From the NCBI RefSeq assembly GCF_003597125.1, contig NZ_QYYA01000002.1:700156-764155 (forward strand): a stretch of 64,000 nucleotides of DNA, written 5' to 3'. Positions within the stretch are counted from its first letter, which is position 1; every line of letters starts with the position of its first letter. The notes beneath the pieces are model-generated. The model was not told the origin of the DNA and made no database searches. It saw only the letters and a program-made list of their open reading frames with translations. Both the position numbers and the translations under genes were made by a program. This document shows, piece after piece, positions 30,652-40,625 of this stretch. This DNA is from Alcanivorax profundi (GTDB lineage: Bacteria; Pseudomonadota; Gammaproteobacteria; Pseudomonadales; Alcanivoracaceae).

Positions 30652-31182
30652 ATGGCCAGCCAGGACACCACTGAACGTTACGGAACCGTCACCCGCCTGT
30701 TGCACTGGAGCATGGCATTGCTGATTGCCTGGCAGTTCCTGTCGGCGATTGCGCATTATGGGTTTGAAGACAGTGCGTTCGAGGCCTTTTTCTGGCCGAC
30801 CCACAAACCTCTAGGCCTGCTCCTGATGATCCTGATTGTGGTCCGCCTGCTGTGGGCCCTGAAGAACCTGGCCAGCCGTCCGCCCTCCATCAACCTGCCC
30901 GCCAAACTGGGTCATCTTGGCCTCTATGCGTTGCTGCTGTTGGTCCCTGCGTTGGCACTATTGCGACAATATGGCTCCGGCCGGGCCTTTGATCCGTTTG
31001 GTATTGCGCTGATGCCGGGTGGCGGTGACAAGATCGACTGGATGGTGGATCTGGGATCACTGCTTCATGGGGAGTTGGGGTGGGTACTGCTGGCCATGAT
31101 CGCCGGTCACATCGCCATGGCCTTTGTGCACCGTCACCAACCCGGCCAGATCAATGTGCTGCCGCGCATGTGGGGTAAATGA
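30652..31182 (+). CDS. Cytochrome b561 family protein
   Basis: The His-containing TM helices (LLHWSMALLIAW ... HYGFED ... HGELGWVLLAMIAGHIAMAFVH) match the cytochrome b561 (CybB) pattern. Confidence 0.8.
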   Translation: MASQDTTERYGTVTRLLHWSMALLIAWQFLSAIAHYGFEDSAFEAFFWPTHKPLGLLLMILIVVRLLWALKNLASRPPSINLPAKLGHLGLYALLLLVPALALLRQYGSGRAFDPFGIALMPGGGDKIDWMVDLGSLLHGELGWVLLAMIAGHIAMAFVHRHQPGQINVLPRMWGK

Positions 31183-31306
31183 CGGCTGGACGAGCTCTTT
31201 CCACTCCCTTGGCAGTCGCCCTGACCCGGATCAGGTTTTCCAGGAACGGTTTGAAATCCGCAATTTAAGACATTGACCACTATCCTTCCCCGGAGGGCTC
31301 TTTAGA

Positions 31307-32695
31307 ATGCGCCCTTTAATAAAAAAGTACTGGGGAAAAATCATGGTTATGGAACGACTCAAAGGGGTATTTGAGGTCAAGGGACTGCTGGGGGGTGTCG
31401 TTGGGGCACTGGTCTTGCTGGTGGTAGCGAACAAGTCCATCTTCTATGCCGAACCGGGATATGTGTATCACGTGCGGACCATTCTGGGTCAGGAACATGT
31501 GGTCAGCGATGTGGGGTATCAGTTCTTCTTCTTCGGGCGCTGGAACTCCTGGAAGCGCGCGCTGACGGTACAGGCCGTGCGCGGCGGCAGTGAAACGCTG
31601 GATTATGTGGAAGTCGAACACTCGGAAACATCCGCTGCCTTGCCGCCACAGAACATCATGTTCCTGGATCAGGTGGATGCCAATGCCCAGGCCACGGTCC
31701 GCTTTACCATTCCCACGGACCAGGACACCTTCCTGCGCCTGGCCCATGAATATCGCACCCCGGAAAACCTGTTGCGCACTGCCCTGATCCCGGCCTTCAA
31801 GGAAACCCTGCAGGCCAACGCTTCTCTGATGAGCGCCGAAGAGTACTACTCCGGTGGCCGTACCGAATTCAATACCGAATTCGAAAACCAGATGATCAAC
31901 GGCATTTATATCGTGCGTCGCGAAGAAGTCAGCCAGAAACGCGTCGGTGATATCAAGGGCTCTGCCAACGTTGCCATGGGCACGGATCAGCAGGATTACG
32001 GAGATGACAGCAAGGTAATCTTCGTGGTGCGCAAGATGCTGGATGAGACCGGTATTCCACTGCGTAAATCCCAGCGCTTTATCGATTACGGCGTCTCCGT
32101 GGTGGAAGCCCGTGTGACTCAGATGGATCCCAACCAGCGTTTTGTCGAGCGCATGCAACTGAAACAGAAGGCGTCCGCCGACCGCGCCATCGCCCGTGAG
32201 CAGCGGGTCCAGGAAGAAGAGCAGCGGTTGCTGGCCATTGCCCGCGGGGAGCGTGAAGTGGCAGAACGGCAGGCCAAGGCCAAGGTGGATCAGATCCAGC
32301 GCACTACCGAAGCAGAGACGGAAAAGCAGCTGGCCATTACCGAAGCCCAGAAACAGAAAGAGCAATCGGAAATCGAGAAACAGACTGCACAGATCCAGCT
32401 GGAAAAAGCCCGTATCGAAGCGGAAACCCGTCGTACCCTGGCTGACGCGGAAGCCTACCAGAAGAAAGCGGTGCTGCAGGCGGATAACGCCCTGGCGCAG
32501 AAACTGGATGCGGAAATCGAAATCCAGAAAATCTGGGCCCAGGCTTTCGCCAACCGCAAGGTGCCACAGTATGTATTCGGTGGCGGTGAGGGAGGCACGC
32601 CTACTGGCTCTGATGGCGAAACGCGTGCCTTCATGCAAATGCTGACGCTGGATGCGGCCAAGCGGTTGAGTTATGACCGGGATGTGAAGAAGTAA
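31307..32695 (+). CDS. SPFH/band-7 (flotillin/YqiK-like) protein with a long C-terminal coiled coil
   Basis: N-terminal TM helix, an SPFH domain, then an E/A/Q/K-rich coiled coil. The alternative start at ATG 31343 (MVMERLKG) is perhaps more likely. Confidence 0.75.
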   Translation: MRPLIKKYWGKIMVMERLKGVFEVKGLLGGVVGALVLLVVANKSIFYAEPGYVYHVRTILGQEHVVSDVGYQFFFFGRWNSWKRALTVQAVRGGSETLDYVEVEHSETSAALPPQNIMFLDQVDANAQATVRFTIPTDQDTFLRLAHEYRTPENLLRTALIPAFKETLQANASLMSAEEYYSGGRTEFNTEFENQMINGIYIVRREEVSQKRVGDIKGSANVAMGTDQQDYGDDSKVIFVVRKMLDETGIPLRKSQRFIDYGVSVVEARVTQMDPNQRFVERMQLKQKASADRAIAREQRVQEEEQRLLAIARGEREVAERQAKAKVDQIQRTTEAETEKQLAITEAQKQKEQSEIEKQTAQIQLEKARIEAETRRTLADAEAYQKKAVLQADNALAQKLDAEIEIQKIWAQAFANRKVPQYVFGGGEGGTPTGSDGETRAFMQMLTLDAAKRLSYDRDVKK

Positions 32696-32739
32696 CCTCT
32701 TTCAGGTGACGATGACACCGGTCATCGTCACCTGCAATG

Positions 32740-33864
32740 TCAGTACCCTCCGTTCGCAGAACGCTGCGAAATCACTACCGTTCGGCTAATGCGATCATGC
32801 AACAGCCGCCCTCCCAAAAAGGCGTTGACGATAAAAATCACTTTCCAGAGCAGGCCGGTGAGGATGAAGGCAATAACGCGCAGCCCGTTGTGCCAGAAAG
32901 GCAAACGCTGGCCATGACGATTGACGACACGCAAGCCGAGCAAATACTTTCCCGGAGTGGCTTGCAGGGGAGTGGTTTCCATAATCAGACCCATCAGCAA
33001 ATAACCCGGCAAGGTGCAAAGTAGCAACAGGCTTTCGTATCCGGATTGCGTACCACTGATCATTTTGATGGGACCTACGAGAAGAATCGCAATGGCCACC
33101 ATGACAAAAAACAGGTCCATCACAAAGGCCAGGATGCGAATGCTGTAGCTGCCATAGGCATGTGTGGGCGGGACATCATGATCCTGGTTCGCGACGACAC
33201 GCTGCGCAGAGGGGCCAATCAGCTTTCCTCCCCGTATTCCATGACCCTCTACCGGGGGGGCGCTGAGTGCATCAAGTCGGGCAAAAATGGGGTCGCATAC
33301 GGTGCTGCCCAATGTGTTAGCCAATGCCGTGCGTTGACCTGTCCAGTGAAAAAACGCATTCAGATACGATAGCACCGCCACATCAGCAAGTTCGCCAGTT
33401 GCCTGATACTGTTCAGCGATAAGCCTGAAAAGCTCCTGCCCGGCGGCATGATGGAAACCGTCATCCAGTAGTTCCGCGCGGGTAAAAAGCGGTTGCCATT
33501 GCTGAGGTTGTGAACGGCCCTCTGGGGTTGAAAGATACTGTTTGGCGTTACTGATCCATTGCGACACCGCCTCCTTAGGGGCCTCGGCTGACGGGCGTAA
33601 TGTTATTGCTTCGGTATCAGGGTATGACAAGGGTTCGGGTGTCGAGGCACTGTCAATAACCTCTGCGGTGTCTATGTCAGGGGTTTCCTGCGGGGCCGTC
33701 GTATCATTGGCCGCCAGCGCCAGGGCGGTTTTGTAGGCCTGATGTAACTGCTGAAACGCAAGGGGATCATCATCTGGACGGGTGTGTTTGAGCTGTTGCG
33801 CATAGGCGCGTTTGATCGCCCGTACATCCTGAGTGGGCTGAATGCCGAGCAGGTCCCAGGGCAT
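32740..33864 (-). CDS. J-domain-like (HPD replaced by RPD) and RDD-family membrane protein, paralog 2
   Basis: N-terminus WDLLGIQPTQDVRAIKRAYAQQLKHTRPDDDPLAFQQLHQAYKTAL is J-domain-like. The C-terminus has TM helices plus GKYLLGLRVVNRHG...LLHDRISRTVVI (RDD family). Starts 1 nt after the stop of paralog 1. Confidence 0.7.
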   Translation of the reverse strand: MPWDLLGIQPTQDVRAIKRAYAQQLKHTRPDDDPLAFQQLHQAYKTALALAANDTTAPQETPDIDTAEVIDSASTPEPLSYPDTEAITLRPSAEAPKEAVSQWISNAKQYLSTPEGRSQPQQWQPLFTRAELLDDGFHHAAGQELFRLIAEQYQATGELADVAVLSYLNAFFHWTGQRTALANTLGSTVCDPIFARLDALSAPPVEGHGIRGGKLIGPSAQRVVANQDHDVPPTHAYGSYSIRILAFVMDLFFVMVAIAILLVGPIKMISGTQSGYESLLLLCTLPGYLLMGLIMETTPLQATPGKYLLGLRVVNRHGQRLPFWHNGLRVIAFILTGLLWKVIFIVNAFLGGRLLHDRISRTVVISQRSANGGY

Positions 33865-33865
33865 A

Positions 33866-35056
33866 TCAGCCTCTCCTTTCTCGTTGGCGATTGCGTGTTT
33901 CAGGCCAGTTGATAATACGTGTGCCAGAAAAGCGGTCTTGCAGCAGGTCGCCCTGCAGAAAAAGGTTGATGAACATGACCAGCAGTACCAGGGTGTTGAG
34001 ACCCAATGCCCACTGATTCAGGTACAGCATTAATGGCAGGCATAACAGGAATGCGGCTCGTCGAAGCACATGCCGCAATGTCACTGGTTTGAACGTTCGG
34101 GTCATGACACGCAGGCCGAATAGCCAGGGCGCGGGGGCGGCACGCAAGGGGCTGAGTTCGCACAGTGCTGCAAAGAGCAGGTAGATCGGGATCAGTAAAA
34201 GCATGTCGTCACCTTGCGGACGCAAGTGACTGAAGTGTGTGTCGACCCAGGAAATATTGAATAGGCTTTTCAGCACCAGGCCCAGCATCACAACATCAAC
34301 GACCATCGCCAACCCGCGCAGTAACGGGTTAGCCAGGGCGAACTCAGACGGGTGGCTAACAAGTGGCTGGTGAGCGATCCTTTTTTTTCCTCCTCGCACC
34401 CCCGCAAAGGGCTGAGTTTGCTGTGCGTCATCTATTCGCGAAAAGAGTGATTCAAGCATCACGCGGTCATGGCCCCGGAACGCATCGGCCTCCAGGGAAG
34501 ACCAGAAGAACAGATTGTCGAGAGAGAAGAGCACCGCTGGCGACATTGGTGTGCGGCGTGTATCACCGCCAAGAATGGCCGCTTCATGTGCGATGATGAG
34601 ATCAAACAAACGGCGGGCAAAGCGGCGGTGACAATCGTCATCGAGGAACAGGGGCTGCTGCAACAGGAAGTTCCAGTACTGCGGTTGCCGGGCACCGTGG
34701 TGCTCGGCCATCAGTGCCTCGCACCGCTGGAGCAGTGGGGCCAGGATATCTTCGGCTTGTTGAGTCTCAGTCTGTACCGTGTCGCTGCCGGTTGTCGTTG
34801 TGTCCGAAAGGGTAAGGGTCCAGCTTGCCAGTGTTTCCGGTGTTGTATTCTGTTCGCCGAGGGGGGCGGCACAAGGCTGCTGTGCACTGGACTGCCGGGC
34901 CGCATGCGCAAGCGCTTGCTTGTACGCTTCATGCAATCGCTGGAAAGCCTCGGGCTGTTCATCCGGTCGGGTTTGTTTGAGCTGGCGAGCATAGGCCCGC
35001 TTGATGGCGCGCGCATCGCTGGTGGGTTCCAGTTCAAGAATACCCCAGCGATCCAT
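33866..35056 (-). CDS. J-domain-like (RPD) and RDD-like membrane protein, paralog 1
   Basis: [49 protein letters not shown] with C-terminal TM helices. The ATG overlaps the hscC TGA stop (ATGA). Confidence 0.7.
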   Translation of the reverse strand: MDRWGILELEPTSDARAIKRAYARQLKQTRPDEQPEAFQRLHEAYKQALAHAARQSSAQQPCAAPLGEQNTTPETLASWTLTLSDTTTTGSDTVQTETQQAEDILAPLLQRCEALMAEHHGARQPQYWNFLLQQPLFLDDDCHRRFARRLFDLIIAHEAAILGGDTRRTPMSPAVLFSLDNLFFWSSLEADAFRGHDRVMLESLFSRIDDAQQTQPFAGVRGGKKRIAHQPLVSHPSEFALANPLLRGLAMVVDVVMLGLVLKSLFNISWVDTHFSHLRPQGDDMLLLIPIYLLFAALCELSPLRAAPAPWLFGLRVMTRTFKPVTLRHVLRRAAFLLCLPLMLYLNQWALGLNTLVLLVMFINLFLQGDLLQDRFSGTRIINWPETRNRQRERRG

Positions 35057-36744
35057 CAGAACCAGTCCTCATTTTCCAGTTGGGCCAGCGCATCGCTGAC
35101 CTGCTTTCTCATTTTGGCGATCTCCGCCGGGTTCTGGCTTTCCAGCACGCGTTCGAATTGTTGCATGACATTTGCCACGTAGTCCCGTCGCTCACCGAGG
35201 CAGCTTTCATAGAGTCGCTCACCACGGGCAAGCAAAGCTCTGTTCTCTTCTCCGTCACGGGGATGAAACTTGAGTTTTTCCAGTTTCGCCAATGCTGCCT
35301 GTTTCTCGGCTTCGCCAAGCGCCCCGGGAGCGTGCTCAATCAGGTGATGGTGGGCTTTTCCGTTGGAGACCACGGTGACATCGACCGACAGCAATCCATT
35401 CATGTCATAGCTGTAGCGGATGTCGATGGCTTCTTCCCCTTTGGCCGCGGCCGGTACCGGTACCGTCAGCTCTCCCAGGTATACATTCTTTTCGACCAGG
35501 CGGTTTTCGCCCTGGTACACCTTGACGGTGACTTCCGTTTGGTTGTCATGGGCAGTGTAGACCTGTTTGACGATGCTCACAGGCACGACACAATTGCGTT
35601 CGATAATGGGTAGAAAGTAATCGCCCTGGCGGGGGTTATCACGATTGAGAACGCCGGTACCGAGGGTATAGGGGCAAACATCGGTCAACACCACATCGTC
35701 CAGCGCTTCATCGCGCATCATCAGCCCGGCCTGAATCGCGGCGCCCATGGCGACAACGGTGTCCGGATCCAGATGACATGACGGTAAGCGACCAAACATC
35801 TTGCCCACAGTTGAACGGAAGATCCCGAGCCGGGTCGAGCCGCCGACCAGTACCACATCATCAATTTTGCCGGGATTGAGATTGGCATCGCGAATAGCGC
35901 GTTCGATGGGATGTTTGGCGCGCAATAACAGCGGTGTGCAGACACGGGTGAACCAGTCACTGGTTACGGTAAATTCCACCGGTTGTTTGCCGAGATCCAG
36001 TGTCAGTGTCTGTTCCTGGGCGCTGAGCTTGCGTTTGGCCCCTTCCATCTGCAGGTACAGGTTCTGCAACTGCACCGGGGTGAGGTGGTCGCGCTTTATG
36101 CCTTGCTCGCGTAGCACGTCTTCGACCATCGCATCGACAAAATCCTCCCCGCCAAGAAAGTTGTCCCCGGCACTGGCGTGAACCTCCATGATGCCGTCGA
36201 AGAACTCGAGCAGTGATACATCAAAGGTTCCGCCGCCAAGATCCAGAATCAGGAACAGGCCCTCCTGCTTTTCATGCAGGCCATAGGCAATGGCCGCAGC
36301 GGTGGGTTCGTTGATAAGTCGTTCGACCTTGAGGCCTGCAAGCTCCGCAGCTTGTTTGGTGGCCTGGCGCTGATTGTCATTGAAGTAGGCCGGTACACTG
36401 ATGACGGCTTCAGTTACCGTTTCCCCCAGAAACGTTTCGGCATCTTCCTTGAGGGAACGGAGCACCAGCGAGGAGAGTTCGGTGGCAGTGAAGGTGCGTT
36501 TGGCGAGTTTGACCTGATGGTCTGTGCCCATCAGCCGTTTGAACGCTGCTACCGTGCGATCACTGTGATTGATCAGACGCTGCCGGGCGGTCCGGCCGAC
36601 GATGATTTCCCCGTTTTTGTCCAGGCCAACAACGGATGGGGTGAGCACCTCGCCGAGCCGGTTGGGGATCAGTTTGACCCCGTCCTCTGTCCATACCCCA
36701 CAGGCACTGTTAGTGGTGCCCAGATCAATCCCGATGATGGTCAT
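35056..36744 (-). CDS. hscC: HscC-type (Hsc62) Hsp70 family chaperone
   Basis: 562 aa: [18 protein letters not shown], ...[13 protein letters not shown], and a short C-terminal region without the DnaK EEVD tail. Closest in pattern to E. coli HscC. Confidence 0.85.
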   Translation of the reverse strand: MTIIGIDLGTTNSACGVWTEDGVKLIPNRLGEVLTPSVVGLDKNGEIIVGRTARQRLINHSDRTVAAFKRLMGTDHQVKLAKRTFTATELSSLVLRSLKEDAETFLGETVTEAVISVPAYFNDNQRQATKQAAELAGLKVERLINEPTAAAIAYGLHEKQEGLFLILDLGGGTFDVSLLEFFDGIMEVHASAGDNFLGGEDFVDAMVEDVLREQGIKRDHLTPVQLQNLYLQMEGAKRKLSAQEQTLTLDLGKQPVEFTVTSDWFTRVCTPLLLRAKHPIERAIRDANLNPGKIDDVVLVGGSTRLGIFRSTVGKMFGRLPSCHLDPDTVVAMGAAIQAGLMMRDEALDDVVLTDVCPYTLGTGVLNRDNPRQGDYFLPIIERNCVVPVSIVKQVYTAHDNQTEVTVKVYQGENRLVEKNVYLGELTVPVPAAAKGEEAIDIRYSYDMNGLLSVDVTVVSNGKAHHHLIEHAPGALGEAEKQAALAKLEKLKFHPRDGEENRALLARGERLYESCLGERRDYVANVMQQFERVLESQNPAEIAKMRKQVSDALAQLENEDWF

Positions 36745-36787
36745 ATCCCTTCCCTGTTATGCTGTCCGACACATTATGAGGACGGAC

Positions 36788-37204
36788 ATGCTTCAAATAG
36801 GCAACAATTTACAGATTCCTGATTCAGAGATCGACCTGCAGGCCATTCGTGCCCAGGGCAGTGGTGGCCAGAACGTTAACAAGGTCTCCAGTGCCATTCA
36901 TCTGCGTTTTGATATCCGTGCTTCCTCATTGCCGGATGTCTACAAGGAGCGGCTGTTGGCGTTGAGTGATCAGCGCATCAACAGCGATGGTGTGGTGGTG
37001 ATCAAGGCCCAGCAGTTTCGCACCCAGGAAAAAAACAAGGAAAACGCGCTGGCAAGGCTGGCCCAGTTAATCCAGAGCGTGACGGTAGAGCAGAAAAAGC
37101 GTAAACCCACCCGCCCGACCCTGGGTAGCAAGAAGCGCCGCATGGACAACAAGACCAAACGCGGCCAGATCAAATCCCTGCGTGGCAAGGTCGATCCGGG
37201 GTAA
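36788..37204 (+). CDS. arfB: Alternative ribosome-rescue factor ArfB (peptidyl-tRNA hydrolase, GGQ motif)
   Basis: ORF 36569..37204. Start taken at MLQIGNNLQIPDSEIDL; the GSGGQNVNKVSSAIHLRF GGQ motif and a basic C-terminal tail are typical of ArfB/YaeJ. Confidence 0.85.
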   Translation: MLQIGNNLQIPDSEIDLQAIRAQGSGGQNVNKVSSAIHLRFDIRASSLPDVYKERLLALSDQRINSDGVVVIKAQQFRTQEKNKENALARLAQLIQSVTVEQKKRKPTRPTLGSKKRRMDNKTKRGQIKSLRGKVDPG

Positions 37205-37312
37205 GTGCAGCGGCATTGACCGGAATCCTCCCGCCCCTTGGCGTTATCGGACCCTCCCCTGTGCGCAGGGCTTTGTTAAGCTGGGCGCCGAATCGTCATC
37301 ACGGAGCTGACC

Positions 37313-38263
37313 ATGAAAGCCATCGTCACCACAGGCTGGGGCCTGAACGCCAAACTGACCCTGACCGAGACCGATGCCCCGCAACAGCCGGGGCCGGATG
37401 ATGTGTTGGTACAGGTGCATGCGGCATCCGTGAATCCCAAGGACTGGAAGCTCAATTACCACCTGGCCGTGGCCGCGACCCCGGTGGGAATCAAGCGTCT
37501 GCCGCCGATTTTTGGTGATGACCTGGCCGGCGTGGTGATAGCCAAAGGCCGCAATGTGCGTCATTTCGAAATCGGTGATGCGGTTTATGGCATGGACATG
37601 CGGCTGCGTACCGCCTCGCTCGCCGAGCAGGCGATCATCAGCCAGCATCGGGTGGCGAAGATACCCAGGGGCCTCAGTTTTAATGAAGCCGCCTCCCTGC
37701 CCCTGGCCGCTCTGACCGCTCTGCAGGGGCTGCGCAAGGGCGGTGCCAGGGCGGGCAAGTCCGTGTTGATCATTGGCGCCTCTGGCGGGGTCGGCACGCT
37801 GGCGGTCCAGATCGCCAAGCAGATGAAGCTGCATGTCACCGGGGTGTGCAGTACCCGCAATCTGGATTTCGTCCGTGAGCTCGGTGCCGACGCCCTGATT
37901 GATTACACCCAGGGGGACTACCGCAAGACCGCTGGCGAGTTCGACATCGTGTTTGATGTGACCTCTTATGAAACACCGCTGACCTGCAAGGCATTGCTGG
38001 GCAAGCACGGGCACTTTATTTCCACCGGTGGCCAGGGAGCGTCCATGGTGGCCACGCCGTTCTACCGTCTGCTAGCCAAGAAGGCCGGCACTGTGGTGGT
38101 GGAATCCTACCGCGAAGATCTGGATACCCTGGCGGAGATGGTCGAACAGGGTGCCCTGACCCCCATTATCGACAGTGTCTTTCCCCTGCAAGACAGCGAA
38201 GCGGCCTATGAGCGCAACCGTAGCGGTCGTTGCCGGGGCAAGGTTGTAATCGAAGTGTGTTGA
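37313..38263 (+). CDS. Zinc-free medium-chain dehydrogenase/reductase (NADPH:quinone oxidoreductase-like)
   Basis: MDR/quinone-oxidoreductase fold; Rossmann motif GASGGVGTLAVQIAK. Confidence 0.8.
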   Translation: MKAIVTTGWGLNAKLTLTETDAPQQPGPDDVLVQVHAASVNPKDWKLNYHLAVAATPVGIKRLPPIFGDDLAGVVIAKGRNVRHFEIGDAVYGMDMRLRTASLAEQAIISQHRVAKIPRGLSFNEAASLPLAALTALQGLRKGGARAGKSVLIIGASGGVGTLAVQIAKQMKLHVTGVCSTRNLDFVRELGADALIDYTQGDYRKTAGEFDIVFDVTSYETPLTCKALLGKHGHFISTGGQGASMVATPFYRLLAKKAGTVVVESYREDLDTLAEMVEQGALTPIIDSVFPLQDSEAAYERNRSGRCRGKVVIEVC

Positions 38264-38306
38264 TGGGGGTGTTTGACGGGAGCGGCATATGCCACTCCCG
38301 TCGTCC

Positions 38307-39791
38307 TTAAATCACCAGCATATCCATAAAGGCATTCACCGGGGTGCTCTCCAGAGTCTTCTGGTCCTTGCACAGCGTAAAGATTGCGTCGCTGCGGCCG
38401 GACGGGAAGCGGGTCGCCAGGTTGCTTTTGAACTTCTCCTCCAGCACCGGAATGCCTTCTTCACGGCGGCGGCGGTGGCCGATGGGGTATTCCACCGCCA
38501 CTTGTTCGGTGTGGCTGCCGTCCTTGAAAAACACCTGAATGGCATTGGCGATAGAGCGCTTGTCCGGGTCCAGGTATTCGCGGGTGTAACGCTCGTCTTC
38601 CACGATTTCCATTTTTTCGCGCAGGGTGTCGATCAACGGGTTGGCGGCGTGGAAGCTGTCTTCATAGTGCTCTGCGGTCAGGTTGCCGAAGATCAGCGGT
38701 ACCGCAGTCATGTACTGAATGCAGTGATCGCGGTCCGCCGGGTTGGCCAGGGTGCCGTGCTTGGAAATGATGCGGATGGCGGATTCGTGGGTGGTGATGA
38801 CGATACGCTCGATTTCGTCGAGCCGGTCTTTCACCTGCGGGTGCAGGGTCACCGCAGCTTCACAGGCGGTCTGGGCATGGAACTCCGCCGGGAAGCTGAT
38901 CTTGAACAAAATGTTTTCCATCACATAGGTGCCGTAATCCCGCTGGAGGCGGAATTCGCGCTCGTCTTCCGGTTTCAGGGCCAGGTCCTTGTTGGTGTGG
39001 CTGAAGGACACATCGTAGAAGCCCCACTGCGGGGCGGTGAGCACGCTGGGAATGCCCATTTCGCCGCGCAGGGACATGTCGGCCAGGCGCACGGCGCGGG
39101 AGGTGGCGTCGCCTGCGGCCCAGGATTTGCGTGAGCCGGCATTGGGGGCATGGCGATAGGTGCGCAGGGACGAGCCATCGACCCAGGCCTGGGACAGGGC
39201 CGCCATGATCTGCTCGCGGTCGCCGCCCAGCATATGGGTGACCACGGCGGTGGAGGCCATCCGTACCAGCAACACATGGCACAGGCCGACACGGTTGAAG
39301 CTGTTTTCCAGTGCCAGCACCCCCTGAATTTCGTGGGCTTTGACCATGGCTTCCAGCACATCCTTCATGGTCAGCGGCGCCTGGCCATTGGCCAGCCGCT
39401 GCTGGGACAGGTGATCGGCCACAGCAAGAATGCCGCCCAGATTGTCCGAAGGATGGCCCCACTCCGCGGCCAACCAGGTGTCGTTGAAATCCAGCCAGCG
39501 AATGATGCAGCCGATGTCCCAGGCGGCTTTCACTGGATCAAGAATGAACGGCGTGCCCGGTACACGTGCGCCGTTGGGTACCACGGTGCCCTGCACCAGT
39601 GGCCCAAGATGTTTGGTGCATTCCGGGAAGCGCAGCGCCAGCAGGCCACAACCCAGGGTGTCCATCAGGCAATGGCGGGCCGTTTCCATGGCTTCCCGTG
39701 AGGTGATATTGAAATGGATCACGTAGTCAGCGATATCCTGAATCACCTGGTCGTAATCGGGACGGTTGGCAAGATCCATATTGGAAGACAT
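38307..39791 (-). CDS. MmgE/PrpD family protein (2-methylcitrate dehydratase-like)
   Basis: 494 aa with a PrpD-like N-terminus. No prpB or prpC is adjacent, so the exact substrate is not assigned. Confidence 0.8.
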   Translation of the reverse strand: MSSNMDLANRPDYDQVIQDIADYVIHFNITSREAMETARHCLMDTLGCGLLALRFPECTKHLGPLVQGTVVPNGARVPGTPFILDPVKAAWDIGCIIRWLDFNDTWLAAEWGHPSDNLGGILAVADHLSQQRLANGQAPLTMKDVLEAMVKAHEIQGVLALENSFNRVGLCHVLLVRMASTAVVTHMLGGDREQIMAALSQAWVDGSSLRTYRHAPNAGSRKSWAAGDATSRAVRLADMSLRGEMGIPSVLTAPQWGFYDVSFSHTNKDLALKPEDEREFRLQRDYGTYVMENILFKISFPAEFHAQTACEAAVTLHPQVKDRLDEIERIVITTHESAIRIISKHGTLANPADRDHCIQYMTAVPLIFGNLTAEHYEDSFHAANPLIDTLREKMEIVEDERYTREYLDPDKRSIANAIQVFFKDGSHTEQVAVEYPIGHRRRREEGIPVLEEKFKSNLATRFPSGRSDAIFTLCKDQKTLESTPVNAFMDMLVI

Positions 39792-40008
39792 AACGTGGTA
39801 ACTCCTCGTTCAACGGTCGAATGACGTTGGGCGCAAAGAAATACCTGGCCAGAGCATGGCAACACGAATGGATGCCGGAAAGCTGGGAGATGAAAGTCCA
39901 GTGTGCCTGTGCCGGCAGGCATTGCAAGTCATCACAATCTTGATCTGGATCCATATGCTGCCAGACCAGGCTGCTAGCCTTCCGGGATCCATAACAAGGA
40001 GGTGAAAC

Positions 40009-40473
40009 ATGCGCATTGTTTGGAGTCAGGAATACGAGCTGGGGATTGTGGTGATTGATCGACAGCACCGACGCATTGTGGATCTGATCAATGATCTGGA
40101 TCGTCTTGTCGGCCTCCCTGATGCTCGCCAGGGGGTAGAACGTGTGCTCTATGATCTGGTCGATTACACCGAGTCCCATTTTGATTTCGAGGAAGCCCTG
40201 ATGGAGCGCGCGGGTTATCAGGAGCTGGATGGACACCACCATCTGCACCGTCAATTTACCTTCCATCTTGAGGCCCTGCGCCAGCGTCATCTTGCAGGCG
40301 AGGATGTGGTAGAACCCCTTTTGCGAATGCTGGAAAAATGGTTGTTGAACCATATCCTGGAGGAAGATCTGGCCTACACGGAACAGGTACGCGATTTTAT
40401 TAATGGCATTGGCAAGGAGCGCCTGGGCAGCTGGGTAAATGAAAACGTGAGACGGCATTTTCGGCAGGCTTGA
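40009..40473 (+). CDS. Bacteriohemerythrin
   Basis: AAGGAGG RBS; His/Glu iron ligands in the hemerythrin pattern (H..E...HF..EE, H..H, H...ED). Confidence 0.85.
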   Translation: MRIVWSQEYELGIVVIDRQHRRIVDLINDLDRLVGLPDARQGVERVLYDLVDYTESHFDFEEALMERAGYQELDGHHHLHRQFTFHLEALRQRHLAGEDVVEPLLRMLEKWLLNHILEEDLAYTEQVRDFINGIGKERLGSWVNENVRRHFRQA

Positions 40474-40625
40474 TTGCCCGGCGGGCCAGTCGGGTCGTCA
40501 CCGGGAGATAGCCAGTTTGCGTGTGGCATTATGCCGCATGTTGTCCACACCGGCGCATCCGTAGAATCCCCGCCCGCGTTGAAGCAATACCGCGCGACTG
40601 ACGTTGACTTTGCCGGGGAAAAGAA

